The notes under the pieces: model-generated
Seen by the model: the letters and a program-made list of their open reading frames with translations, nothing else
The model's database searches: none
What the model was told of the DNA's origin: nothing
Part shown: positions 55,748 to 64,000 of the stretch, piece after piece
How positions within the stretch are numbered: the first letter of the stretch is position 1
Layout of the letters: each line of letters begins with the position of its first letter
From: a virus
Taxonomy: Duplodnaviria; Caudoviricetes
Length of the DNA: 64,000 nt
Virus record (IMG/VR): IMGVR_UViG_3300020112_000420
Coordinates: 22,459-86,458 of that record
Direction: 5' to 3' (one strand)
Position numbers and translations under genes: made by a program

Positions 55748-56887
55748 ATGAAAGACATGGATTTCACGCAGGTTCACATGCGGATGCGCCCTGACCAGGT
55801 TCGCGCATTCGACATGAACGAGGCGATTCGCAAGGGCAAGGATTGCACGGTCGGCTTCATGCACGACCTCGGCATTACCTTCGACGAGGCGGACGAGGGC
55901 GTTGCTGAAATGACGAAGATTGCCGAGGGCGTGTTCGCGGGTGACGCGGCTGAAGCCCAGACGGGTTCGACGATTTCGGCGGGCATTCAGTTCCTCCAGC
56001 ACTTCCTTCCGAAGACCATTACGGTCGCCACGGAGAAGCGCGTCATCGACGACCTCATTGGCCGCACGATTGCGGGCGATTGGTCGGACGAGGAAGTGGT
56101 GCAGTCGATTGTGGAACTCGTCAGCAACATCCGCGAGTATTCGGACAACGGCGACTTCACGCTGGCGGACTTCAAGCCGTCCTACGAGCGTCGCACCGTC
56201 CTCCGCCTCGAGAGCGGTCTGATGACTGGCAAGTTGGAAGAGATGCGCGTTGCCGCGATGAAGATGCGCATTTCCGCCTACGACGCGAAGCGTTCGGCTC
56301 TTGCGCTCGGCTTTGCCCAGACGCACAACGACATCGGCTTCAACGGCTACGCCAACGGCGACGGTCGCACCTACGGCATCCTCAACGATGACAACCTCTT
56401 CAGCTACGAGACGGTGGCTGACAACGGTGCGACGACCCCCTCGACGCTGTGGGCGAACAAGACCTTTGAACAGATTGTCAAGGACTTGAACACGGCGGCG
56501 GCGAAACTCCGCAAGCAGTCGGGGTCGAACTTCGACGCGAACACGTCGTCCTTCACGCTCGGCATTGCGGCGGACTGCATGGACTACCTCAACACGATGA
56601 ACAACCTTGGCAACAAGTCGGTTGCGGAGTGGATTGCGGGTACTTGGAAGAAGTGCCGCATCGTGAGCGTCCCGCAGTATTCGGCGGCGCAGGGTGGCGC
56701 AAACGTCTTCTACATGATTATGGACTCCCTCGGCGGCAATCCTGTGGTTGACCAGTATGTGCAGGCGACGATGCGTCTTCTCGGCACGGAGAAGAAGCCG
56801 AAGGGTCTCCTCGAGGACTACACGTCGGCTACGGCGGGCGTTCTCGTGAGCCAGCCGTGCGGCATTGTCCGTTATTCGGGCATCTAA
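55748..56887 (+). CDS. Major capsid protein (DUF2184 / HK97 fold)
   Basis: GDWSDEE, YGILND.NL, LRKQS, EDYTSATAGVLVSQP. Confidence 0.88.
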   Translation: MKDMDFTQVHMRMRPDQVRAFDMNEAIRKGKDCTVGFMHDLGITFDEADEGVAEMTKIAEGVFAGDAAEAQTGSTISAGIQFLQHFLPKTITVATEKRVIDDLIGRTIAGDWSDEEVVQSIVELVSNIREYSDNGDFTLADFKPSYERRTVLRLESGLMTGKLEEMRVAAMKMRISAYDAKRSALALGFAQTHNDIGFNGYANGDGRTYGILNDDNLFSYETVADNGATTPSTLWANKTFEQIVKDLNTAAAKLRKQSGSNFDANTSSFTLGIAADCMDYLNTMNNLGNKSVAEWIAGTWKKCRIVSVPQYSAAQGGANVFYMIMDSLGGNPVVDQYVQATMRLLGTEKKPKGLLEDYTSATAGVLVSQPCGIVRYSGI

Positions 56888-56971
56888 AACGGGCGCGTCG
56901 GCGCAAGGCGAATCGGGAAAATTGGCTATATGCCCCCCGCGCCTTGCGCCGATGGCGGCGCGTTTTCTTTT
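56887..56971 (+). terminator. Long hairpin/terminator after the MCP gene
   Basis: TCGGCGCAAGGCG / CGCCTTGCGCCGA stem followed by TTTTCTTTT; the loop contains TGGCTAT. Confidence 0.7.
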
Positions 56972-57058
56972 CGGGAGTTTGATTTCAATGCTATGGCGGA
57001 CGGGAAGCCGCGCAAGCGTTCAAGACAATGACAAAACAGAGACGAAAGGCATTTTGAC

Positions 57059-57481
57059 ATGAGCGAAGTTTACATCCACAGTACGTTGACGTGCGGGCAG
57101 AATTACACGGTCTACGCGCCCGCCGACAGCAGAAGCACGAACCAGACCATCAACCACGTCGCCACGGATTCGCACGGCAAGGAAATCGTGCTGAAGGTCA
57201 GCGGCGGCGCGAACTGCACGAACAAGGCACTCATCATGGTTGACGGCGTGGTGACGGAAGCCACCAAGGAACTCGTTGACCTCATTCGCGCCAAGTGTCC
57301 GCTGTTCCGGTTCCACGAGGAACACGGCTTCATTACGGTGAAGGACTACCACCGAACGGACGTGCGCGACATGGAGAAGAAGGACGCTTCGGCGCAGTTG
57401 ACGGCGGCGGACTTCAAGAAGCGCGGGCGCAAAGCCCCGAAGACGCGCAAGGACGAAATGCGCGATGACGACGACGAGTAA
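57059..57481 (+). CDS. Head-module hypothetical protein
   Basis: 140-aa ORF after the MCP. Confidence 0.65.
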   Translation: MSEVYIHSTLTCGQNYTVYAPADSRSTNQTINHVATDSHGKEIVLKVSGGANCTNKALIMVDGVVTEATKELVDLIRAKCPLFRFHEEHGFITVKDYHRTDVRDMEKKDASAQLTAADFKKRGRKAPKTRKDEMRDDDDE

Positions 57482-57545
57482 TCGTCTCGCCGTCCGCCGC
57501 CGCGCAACAGTTGAATTTTGACAAAACGGAAAGGAATCACAGGCA

Positions 57546-58130
57546 ATGGAATTTTCCAACGGTATCAGAAACCTCCAGGACGGTCGCGCTATCAAGCGTC
57601 CGATGTGGCGTGGCTATATCGAGCGTCAGATGCTGACGGCCGCAGAAGCCGCGCCCGCCATTTGGGACAGCACCAAGGCGGACTACGCCATTGGCAACAA
57701 GGTGACGTACAATGGCGCGTACTACATCTGCACGACGGCTCCTGGTTCGGCGGGCGTTCTTCCCACGGACACGTCGTATTGGGCGACCTACACGCTCAAA
57801 GGCGAAGAGTACGAGTACATCTTCCACAACCGTGCGGGTACGACGTTCCGCTTCAAGTATACGCCGAACGCGCCTTATTGGGAAAACACGAAGGCGTATG
57901 CGGTTGGCGACAAGGTGACGTACAAGAACAAGTATTACAACTGCGTTCAGGCAGGCACGGGCAAACAGCCCGATACGCAGACATCGTATTGGACGGAGTA
58001 CCTGGCGTCTGCGACGAACCTGACGCTCGACCGCGAACTGCTGACGAACATTGTCCAGAACGATTGGGAAGAGGGTGCGGCGGAGGACTTCGCGGAGTCG
58101 GCGGCGGCGGCTTCGGATTCCAATTGGTAA
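57546..58130 (+). CDS. DUF2829/Tad2-like scaffold interrupted by two CBM5/12-like repeats
   Basis: MEF...I..L..G..I.R..W.G and TNIVQNDWE; two W....Y.(I/V)G.KVTY...YY.C...W repeats. Confidence 0.55.
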   Translation: MEFSNGIRNLQDGRAIKRPMWRGYIERQMLTAAEAAPAIWDSTKADYAIGNKVTYNGAYYICTTAPGSAGVLPTDTSYWATYTLKGEEYEYIFHNRAGTTFRFKYTPNAPYWENTKAYAVGDKVTYKNKYYNCVQAGTGKQPDTQTSYWTEYLASATNLTLDRELLTNIVQNDWEEGAAEDFAESAAAASDSNW

Positions 58131-58166
58131 TGCGGGCATTGGTCGAAACACGGGGAAAGGGCGGAC

Positions 58167-58664
58167 ATGGCAACTACCGATGAGCGTTGGCGCGTACTGA
58201 CGGCGCGGGACGTTGCCGCCGCCTTGAACCAGGACGAAATCGACATGTACAACCAACTGCCCGATTTCGCCTCGTTGGAAGACCCCGTAGGGGATTTGCT
58301 GAAGGAAGTCGCGTCCTATGTGCGCGGCTTCTGCCGTGCATCGGGCAAGGTCAAGATTGACCCGAACGACAGATACACCATTCCCGAATCGCTCGTCAAG
58401 CCCGCGATTTCGATTGTCGTCTACCGCATGTCGGCGCGTATGCCGATGGAAGTGACGGACAGCCGAAAGGAAGCGAACAAGGACGCGGAGGAACTGCTGA
58501 AGAAGGTGGCAAGCGGCGAGTTTCTGCCAGAATCGTTCGGCGTGATGGATGACATGAACTGGTCTGCCGTTCCGCTGACGGGTATTCACCTTCGCCCGAA
58601 CTTCACCTTGCGCGGTTCTCCCACGAATCCGTTTCCACCGTGGTCGGGTCGGAGGTTGCCGTAA
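58167..58664 (+). CDS. Head-tail adaptor (Mu gp36/DUF1320-like)
   Basis: YVRGFC, IPESL, A.ELLKKVASG; position. Confidence 0.6.
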   Translation: MATTDERWRVLTARDVAAALNQDEIDMYNQLPDFASLEDPVGDLLKEVASYVRGFCRASGKVKIDPNDRYTIPESLVKPAISIVVYRMSARMPMEVTDSRKEANKDAEELLKKVASGEFLPESFGVMDDMNWSAVPLTGIHLRPNFTLRGSPTNPFPPWSGRRLP

Positions 58665-58700
58665 GATTGGACGCTACGCACAGAAACGGTCGGGTGTCGC

Positions 58701-59745
58701 GTGATTTCACTTGAGACAACCTACAACATCGAGAACCTCAAACGCAAGGTTCTCGCCTTGTCTAAAGCGGACACCATCCGAAGGATAGGCGGTCGCATCG
58801 TCTACCACATTTCGTCCTATATTGCGAAAGGGGCGGAATCGCGACACAAGTGGGCGAACAAGTTGGGTGCAGAGCCGACGGGCATGTTGGAGTTTGCGCC
58901 GCAGGAAGGCGAATCGCGGTCTCGGACGGGAGCCAGCATCGGCGTATCGGAAGCGGACAACGAAAGCGCGGAAATCGCCATTTCGGGCATTGAAGGCATT
59001 GGACGCGCCTTCCACGACCTTGAAATCTACCCGCAGAACGCGAGTGCGCTGACCGTGCCGATACACCGCGAGTCGTATGCCAAGACCGTCAAGGATTTGA
59101 AGGACAACGGTTGGCACATATTCCGAAGAGGGCGTGTTCTTGTCGGCAACCACGGCGAGACGATTGGCGGACGCGCCGTGCCGCTTTTCGTGCTATGCGG
59201 ACACGTCCACGTCGCCAAGGATGAAGAACTGTTGCCGTCGTCCACGCTTCTTTACGATTGGGCTATTGATGAGGCGGGCAAAGCGGTTGAAGCGGTAATG
59301 TGACATGTTGGAATTGCAGAATCCAGTACAGACAATACAGAAATACGTCGCGGACATGTTTCGCGACGAAGATTGGTTTTCGGCACACCGCGTCAACATC
59401 GTGGAACAGAACTCACAGCAGTTGGCGTTCCTTCTGAAGACGAAACTCGACGAACTGCGCGGCGTGTCGCTCGTGGTTGGCGTGGACGGTATTGACAACA
59501 ACCATCCGTCGAGGGAAGTGCAGATTACCGTGGCGGCAACCGAGCGCGTCACGCTCAACCGCGCCAAGCAGGGTTTTGTGACGGCGATAGACGCGGCGTT
59601 GGCGGCGGTTCAGTTGCTTGACGGTGCGGATTACGGAAACGTCAAGCAGGCGTTCCACTTCCATGACTTGCGGCATACGGCGGCGCGTGACGCGGACATT
59701 CTGAAGGCGACGGCGACGTTCGGCGTTCAGTTCAATTGGTGTTGA
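58701..59745 (+). CDS. Neck / tail-completion proteins (58701-59303; 59305-59745)
   Basis: Synteny between the adaptor and the tail tube. Confidence 0.5.
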
Positions 59746-59798
59746 TTTCCCTTGGTAAAAACAAGAGACAATAGGAAAAGAAAAGGAGAGTAAATAAA

Positions 59799-60233
59799 AT
59801 GGCAATGGCAGACATTGGAGTCGGTTCTTCGATTACATGGGGCATTAGCCCCACGTTGCGAGACCAGGTTAAGAGTTCGATGCAGTCGAACGGCGGCGTT
59901 GTATTGAGTTGGAACGCCGACAAGGAAGCGGTCGCCGCGCCGTGCGAAAACGAAATCGGTCAGCGCATCGGTGAGCGCGTCTACGACTACCACAAGACGT
60001 GCGACATGACGTTCCAGATTCCCGCAGGCACTCGACCGCCCGCCATGCTGACGAAGGTGAGCATCGAGGGCATTCAATGGATTATCCGAAACATCCGCGA
60101 AACGGAGAGCAATAAGGACTACAAGAAGTTCTCGGCGCGTCTGGAAGCGTGGGCAAACGGATTCCAACTCAAGGAGGCGACGGGCATTGTCACGACGAAC
60201 TTGAGCCAGCATGCTTCGGACTTCCCCACTTGA
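59799..60233 (+). CDS. Major tail (tube) protein, probable
   Basis: Beta-rich 144-aa ORF immediately before the chaperone/frameshift/TMP block. Confidence 0.55.
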   Translation: MAMADIGVGSSITWGISPTLRDQVKSSMQSNGGVVLSWNADKEAVAAPCENEIGQRIGERVYDYHKTCDMTFQIPAGTRPPAMLTKVSIEGIQWIIRNIRETESNKDYKKFSARLEAWANGFQLKEATGIVTTNLSQHASDFPT

Positions 60234-60284
60234 TTTTTCATTCGGTTTTCTCGTCTGTGACATCCAAGGGAAGTTGGTATCAAC

Positions 60285-60847
60285 ATGTCATTGTTCGGTA
60301 AGTTGAAGTTCAACAGGGGAAAGACGCCAGCGGCGGTGTTGGAAGCGGTGACGCGACCAACATCGCTGACATTGGCGCGTTTGGCGTTGCTTGAAAAGGC
60401 GGAATGCCCGATTATCTTCAGGGACATATCGAAACTTGCGGAGAACGTTCGGGCGACCTACCTTTTTAGCATACCCTACGAAGAGGCGGTGGAGAAAATG
60501 GCGACGGCGGACAAGGATTCCCTTGTTTGGCTTGAAAAGGTTGGAGAGAAAGCGTACCTTGACAAGTTCGAGGAACTTGCCCGTGGTATCGTCGAGTTTT
60601 GGAAAATGTTGCCGAACACCGAAAAAAAAAAGGACAGCGAGACCGTCTCGGAAACGGGTGGTTCGGAGAACTTGTCGAATGGCTCTGCCGAACCTACGGC
60701 TACCGCATAGACTACGTTCTGTACGAAATGCCCGCGCTTCATGTGGCGATGCTTTGGCGCATGTTCGCGCAAGGGATTGGCGGTAGCGAAACGGGGACGC
60801 TGATGGACGACGAAATGGCCAAGGCAATGAAGGAAATGGGAATGTGA
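60285..60847 (+). CDS. Tail assembly chaperone (60285-60710) with a -1 programmed frameshift extension to 60847
   Basis: A10 run 60622-60631 gives slippery A-AAA-AAG; -1 frame open to 60847; downstream hairpins. Confidence 0.8.
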
Positions 60848-60848
60848 C

Positions 60849-62156
60849 ATGGCGGAATCGGGCGCAAATAACGAAGTTCGGATAAAGGTCGTCCTCGACT
60901 CTGCCGAGGCGCAGGCGCGTCTTGCCGAAATCAAGGCGGCAATGGACGCGCTTAATTCGCAGATTTACGGAACAAGTAGCAATGGTAGTAGTGGAAGTAA
61001 TAACAATGGAGTTGGTGGCGCGACAACCAAGACAACAACGACTTCTATTGTAAATCAAGTACACGCCAATAATGGAAACAAAGAACACGCGAATATAAAC
61101 GATCCAAAAGGCAACGGTGCTAAATTCGGAAACGCCGTTGTAGACATCCTTTTGTCTAATGCAAAAAGTTTTGGATTCGCGGCTGGTTTAGCATTTGTTT
61201 CCAAAGCGATGGACTTGAAGTATTCCATTGAATCTTGGAACAAAGAAGTTGAATTTGCACAGCGAAGAAGTGGTGAAGAAGGAAATACGGCACTTGACCG
61301 CGATGAGGCGAAATGGGCTGGTCGTGGAAGGGGAATGTCAACATGGGGTAAATGGGGTGCTGTAATCGGCGGTGGTGCAATGACGCTTGCGGGACTTGCG
61401 GGAGCATTGTTTACGGGTGGAACGTCGCTTGCATTATCTGGTGCTGGGTTGGGGATTATGGCAACTGCGGGCGCATTAGGAGCGGGTGGAGGATATTTGG
61501 CGGGGCAAATTGCTGGTAAAGACAAGGGAGAAGAGCAAGCCGAAGAGAAATTTGAACAACTCCAACGTATTAGAAAAGAGGGAATTGTTCAACAACAGAA
61601 ACTAAATGCGACGCAGACAAATATCAGTCTTCAATCACAAATTGGAGAGGCAGCGTTTTCCAAGGCATTGAAATATGCAGGAAGCAGAGAAGGGCGCATC
61701 GAGCAATACAGAAGTGCATTGCAAGAATTGGAATATGGCGATGGCGAATCCTCTATAAGCAACTTAAAGAGGAATCGAGACCGAATGTTAAAGAGTAAAA
61801 ACTTCGACCCGAACAGTACCGAGTGGAAAGAAAACGAGATGAAACTTTCCCAACAGCGTTCAAAGTGGTCGCAACTTCAGTATGGTCTTTTCGAGCAGGA
61901 GTATTTGCAGAATCAGCCGAAACCGTATGAAGGGTCTGACTTTGCAGATAGCATGACGGCGAAAGGTCTTTATGTCGGTGGTCAGGTTGATGTTGGCAAG
62001 GCGAATCAACCGATTATCGACCATTTGGCTGAAATTCAGAAAATGCTTATGGACTACATTCCGAAGGCACTTGACAAGTTGGGTGAAAAGGACGGAAAGA
62101 TAGAAGATGCTGGATTTACATTCAACCCGACGAAAAACATAGGACGGTATAAATAA
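60849..62156 (+). CDS. Tape measure protein (short, 435 aa)
   Basis: Follows the chaperone frameshift; helical, with Gly/Ala-rich hydrophobic segments. Confidence 0.75.
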   Translation: MAESGANNEVRIKVVLDSAEAQARLAEIKAAMDALNSQIYGTSSNGSSGSNNNGVGGATTKTTTTSIVNQVHANNGNKEHANINDPKGNGAKFGNAVVDILLSNAKSFGFAAGLAFVSKAMDLKYSIESWNKEVEFAQRRSGEEGNTALDRDEAKWAGRGRGMSTWGKWGAVIGGGAMTLAGLAGALFTGGTSLALSGAGLGIMATAGALGAGGGYLAGQIAGKDKGEEQAEEKFEQLQRIRKEGIVQQQKLNATQTNISLQSQIGEAAFSKALKYAGSREGRIEQYRSALQELEYGDGESSISNLKRNRDRMLKSKNFDPNSTEWKENEMKLSQQRSKWSQLQYGLFEQEYLQNQPKPYEGSDFADSMTAKGLYVGGQVDVGKANQPIIDHLAEIQKMLMDYIPKALDKLGEKDGKIEDAGFTFNPTKNIGRYK

Positions 62157-62174
62157 TTTGAAGGGTGTTTTGAA

Positions 62175-62987
62175 ATGACAGTCACAAAGAGCGATTCGCG
62201 AGGTTATTGGGAAACGACACCATGCCAAGTCGTCCTTATGGCGGACAGGGAAGTGTATACGATTTTCTATGAAGGAGATTATGATACGCTTGAAGCAGAG
62301 GCGGCAAAATGTATTGTTGGAACGCAAGAGGTAATACTTGATTACAACAATGCTGGATATTATCAATCGGCAATGATTATCATAGGGTCTAATCTTGCAC
62401 GAAAACGTGGCGGTCTTGGGATTTTGCAAGTTCAGTTTGCGGCATTGTATAACCGTGAAATGTGGAACATTGACTTTGCCGAAGTTTCAAAGGATATAAA
62501 GACGTGGCTTGTCAGAGATTATTTCAATTCTGACAACGTACCAGTGGCTATTTGGGATGAATATCGGAAACTTGCACTTTGGGAAAACAATAAGACGAAT
62601 GAGACATGGAACGATTGGTCAAACTTCCAATATCCATCCGTCGGTGACACACCAGGAGGCACATTGTCTGGTGATACGTTGAAAATAGCAAAAAAAATTA
62701 TGAACGGCGTATCGTCTTATTCGATTTATGTTCCCGTCATATCGAGAACAACCGTTCATGTCATTTCTCCGACTATTGGGACAATTGGCAAGAAACAGAA
62801 ACCTTCTGACATGCCAGGTTGGACTGGGTTCAACAATCAGACATTGAATACAGCGTGGCTTGGATTGGCTCGTGAATGGCTTAAAACGGCTGAAAAGAGT
62901 TCTACCAACATGGATGGAACGTTCACAATGGTTGAACAATGGCAAGGGTGCGACTTGGTAGACCCAGACCTTTACAAAGAAGCGTGA
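62175..62987 (+). CDS. Distal tail/tail tip protein (putative)
   Basis: Synteny after the TMP. Confidence 0.5.
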   Translation: MTVTKSDSRGYWETTPCQVVLMADREVYTIFYEGDYDTLEAEAAKCIVGTQEVILDYNNAGYYQSAMIIIGSNLARKRGGLGILQVQFAALYNREMWNIDFAEVSKDIKTWLVRDYFNSDNVPVAIWDEYRKLALWENNKTNETWNDWSNFQYPSVGDTPGGTLSGDTLKIAKKIMNGVSSYSIYVPVISRTTVHVISPTIGTIGKKQKPSDMPGWTGFNNQTLNTAWLGLAREWLKTAEKSSTNMDGTFTMVEQWQGCDLVDPDLYKEA

Positions 62988-62997
62988 TTTTTTCGAT

Positions 62998-63013
62998 TTG
63001 ACACGGTGGCTAT
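62998..63013 (+). promoter_or_regulatory. Putative late promoter (copy 10)
   Basis: TTGAC-ACGG-TGGCTAT. Confidence 0.7.
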
Positions 63014-63047
63014 GAATAGATGGGGTTAATAAACTCCATGTATGATT

Positions 63048-64000
63048 ATGGTAGATATTCCACCTTTAGTAGCACCAGGTCAAGAAATAAAAGCGAGTAC
63101 GATAAACGCGCTCATCGAGGCGGTTCGTCGTTCTCGTCCTTTGCAATCCGCAACTGTCCGAGTTAGGCAGTCGTTCAATGGAACAATGCTTGATGTTATA
63201 CAACCGACAAGCAACGCAGGGAAAAAGGACAACACACTACATCCATTCAAATTGCGCGTTGCGGGTGATTATAGTTGTGTCTATGTTCCGAAAGGGTCTG
63301 TAAGTGTAAATGGTGTCGAGTCTACATTTGAATCCGCTACGCTTTCGGGTGAATTGCGAGACATAACACACGATGAAAGCGACCGAGATTGGTATGTTTG
63401 TCCGACATGTACAATTCTTTATGTACAAGTCCAAGAGGAATATGTTTCCAATAAAGAAACGGGAGAAAAGATAAGTGATACGTCTAAATTCCTTGTAAGT
63501 CAAAACGAAGAATCGCCTTACAAGGATGAAAATTACGAAACCGACACGACAAAAGTTGAATACACCAAATGGACGTTTGTGATTGGTGAATTTGAATTAA
63601 ACGACAGCGGAAACAAAGCAGTTAAAGTAAGAACGCAGAATATAAAAGAGGCGTTAAACCTACAAAATTCTCATGGTGGACTTATTGGCGCAACTGGAGG
63701 AACGGGTGCTACGGGTGCTACGGGTGCGCAAGGCGCACAAGGAGGACAAGGCGCACAAGGTTTTAAAGGAAGCCAAGGAACTCAAGGCGCACAAGGTTTT
63801 AAAGGAAGCCAAGGAACTCAAGGCGCACAAGGAGGACAAGGCGCACAAGGTTTTATCGGAGGACAAGGCGCACAAGGCGGTCAAGGAGCCGTCGGAGGAC
63901 AGGGCGCACAAGGTGCGCAAGGTGCGCAAGGAGTTATAGGTGCGCAAGGGCCGCAAGGAGGACAAGGCGCACAAGGAAGCCAAGGAACTCAAGGCGCACA
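63048..64000 (+). CDS. Tail protein with collagen-like G-X-Y repeats; runs past the window end
   Basis: I translated 63048 onward with no stop; GAT/GAQ/GGQ triplets from 63687. Confidence 0.8.
   Translation, partial: MVDIPPLVAPGQEIKASTINALIEAVRRSRPLQSATVRVRQSFNGTMLDVIQPTSNAGKKDNTLHPFKLRVAGDYSCVYVPKGSVSVNGVESTFESATLSGELRDITHDESDRDWYVCPTCTILYVQVQEEYVSNKETGEKISDTSKFLVSQNEESPYKDENYETDTTKVEYTKWTFVIGEFELNDSGNKAVKVRTQNIKEALNLQNSHGGLIGATGGTGATGATGAQGAQGGQGAQGFKGSQGTQGAQGFKGSQGTQGAQGGQGAQGFIGGQGAQGGQGAVGGQGAQGAQGAQGVIGAQGPQGGQGAQGSQGTQGA
63687..64000 (+). repeat. Collagen-coding tandem repeats
   Basis: Repeated GGCGCACAAGG units, including a duplicated 36-nt GGCGCACAAGGTTTTAAAGGAAGCCAAGGAACTCAA. Confidence 0.85.

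Noticed and set aside
53467-55767. 766-aa minus-strand ORF, and other long minus ORFs (33383-35191, 8630-9934, 14718-15746, 57537-58589, 13412-14344)
   Set aside because: They are antisense shadows of well-supported + strand genes in GC-rich, codon-biased DNA, with no motifs or RBS
56914-56994. Two further late-promoter-like sites (TGGCTAT at 56923; TTGAT-N4-ATGCTAT at 56979)
   Set aside because: The first lacks the upstream TT(G/T)AC and the second has mismatches in both halves; not counted among the ten
63687-64000. CRISPR array or DGR template/variable repeats
   Set aside because: The repeats are in-frame collagen codons without unique spacers; no cas or reverse transcriptase gene seen in the window
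1-64000. Stop-codon reassignment
   Set aside because: Recognisable genes are full length in the standard code and end at TAA, TGA or TAG

Overview
The window is a 64-kb segment of a tailed dsDNA phage (Caudoviricetes, siphovirus-like: tail tube, chaperone frameshift and tape measure present, no sheath seen). Essentially all credible genes are on the + strand. Gene order: early/accessory genes and DNA methyltransferases (1-13 kb); recombination/replication (YqaJ, putative SSAP, initiator, DnaC-like loader, SSB; 13.6-17.5 kb); middle genes (MazG, HAD, RusA, Cys-rich HTH protein); a ParB / twin basic peptides / PAPS-reductase-like block; TerS and an intein-containing TerL; DUF1073-type portal; about 14 kb of accessory cassettes with a tRNA(CAU) and a tRNA-like ncRNA; MuF, DUF2213 protease, DUF2184 capsid, neck and tail genes, running off the right edge in a collagen-like fibre. 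No integrase, repressor or CRISPR array was recognised. Two promoter classes are visible by eye. One is a sigma70-type cassette with an 18-bp spacer; most copies carry a covarying NGG-triloop RNA leader. The other is a motif TT(G/T)AC-N4-(T/C)GGCTAT, found 10 times, always intergenic and ahead of structural genes or scattered enzyme genes. The most promising candidate system is a dispersed set of late-promoter-driven proteins whose N-terminal leaders end in the same x-x-D motif seen in the head proteins. They carry a type IB topoisomerase, a zeta-toxin-like kinase, a SAM-lyase-like domain and a ferritin-like domain, and I infer they are head-packaged, injected cargo. All family assignments come from motif recognition by eye; no database search was run. 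SD-type RBSs, sigma70 promoters and lipoboxes suggest a diderm, non-Bacteroidota host (inference only).
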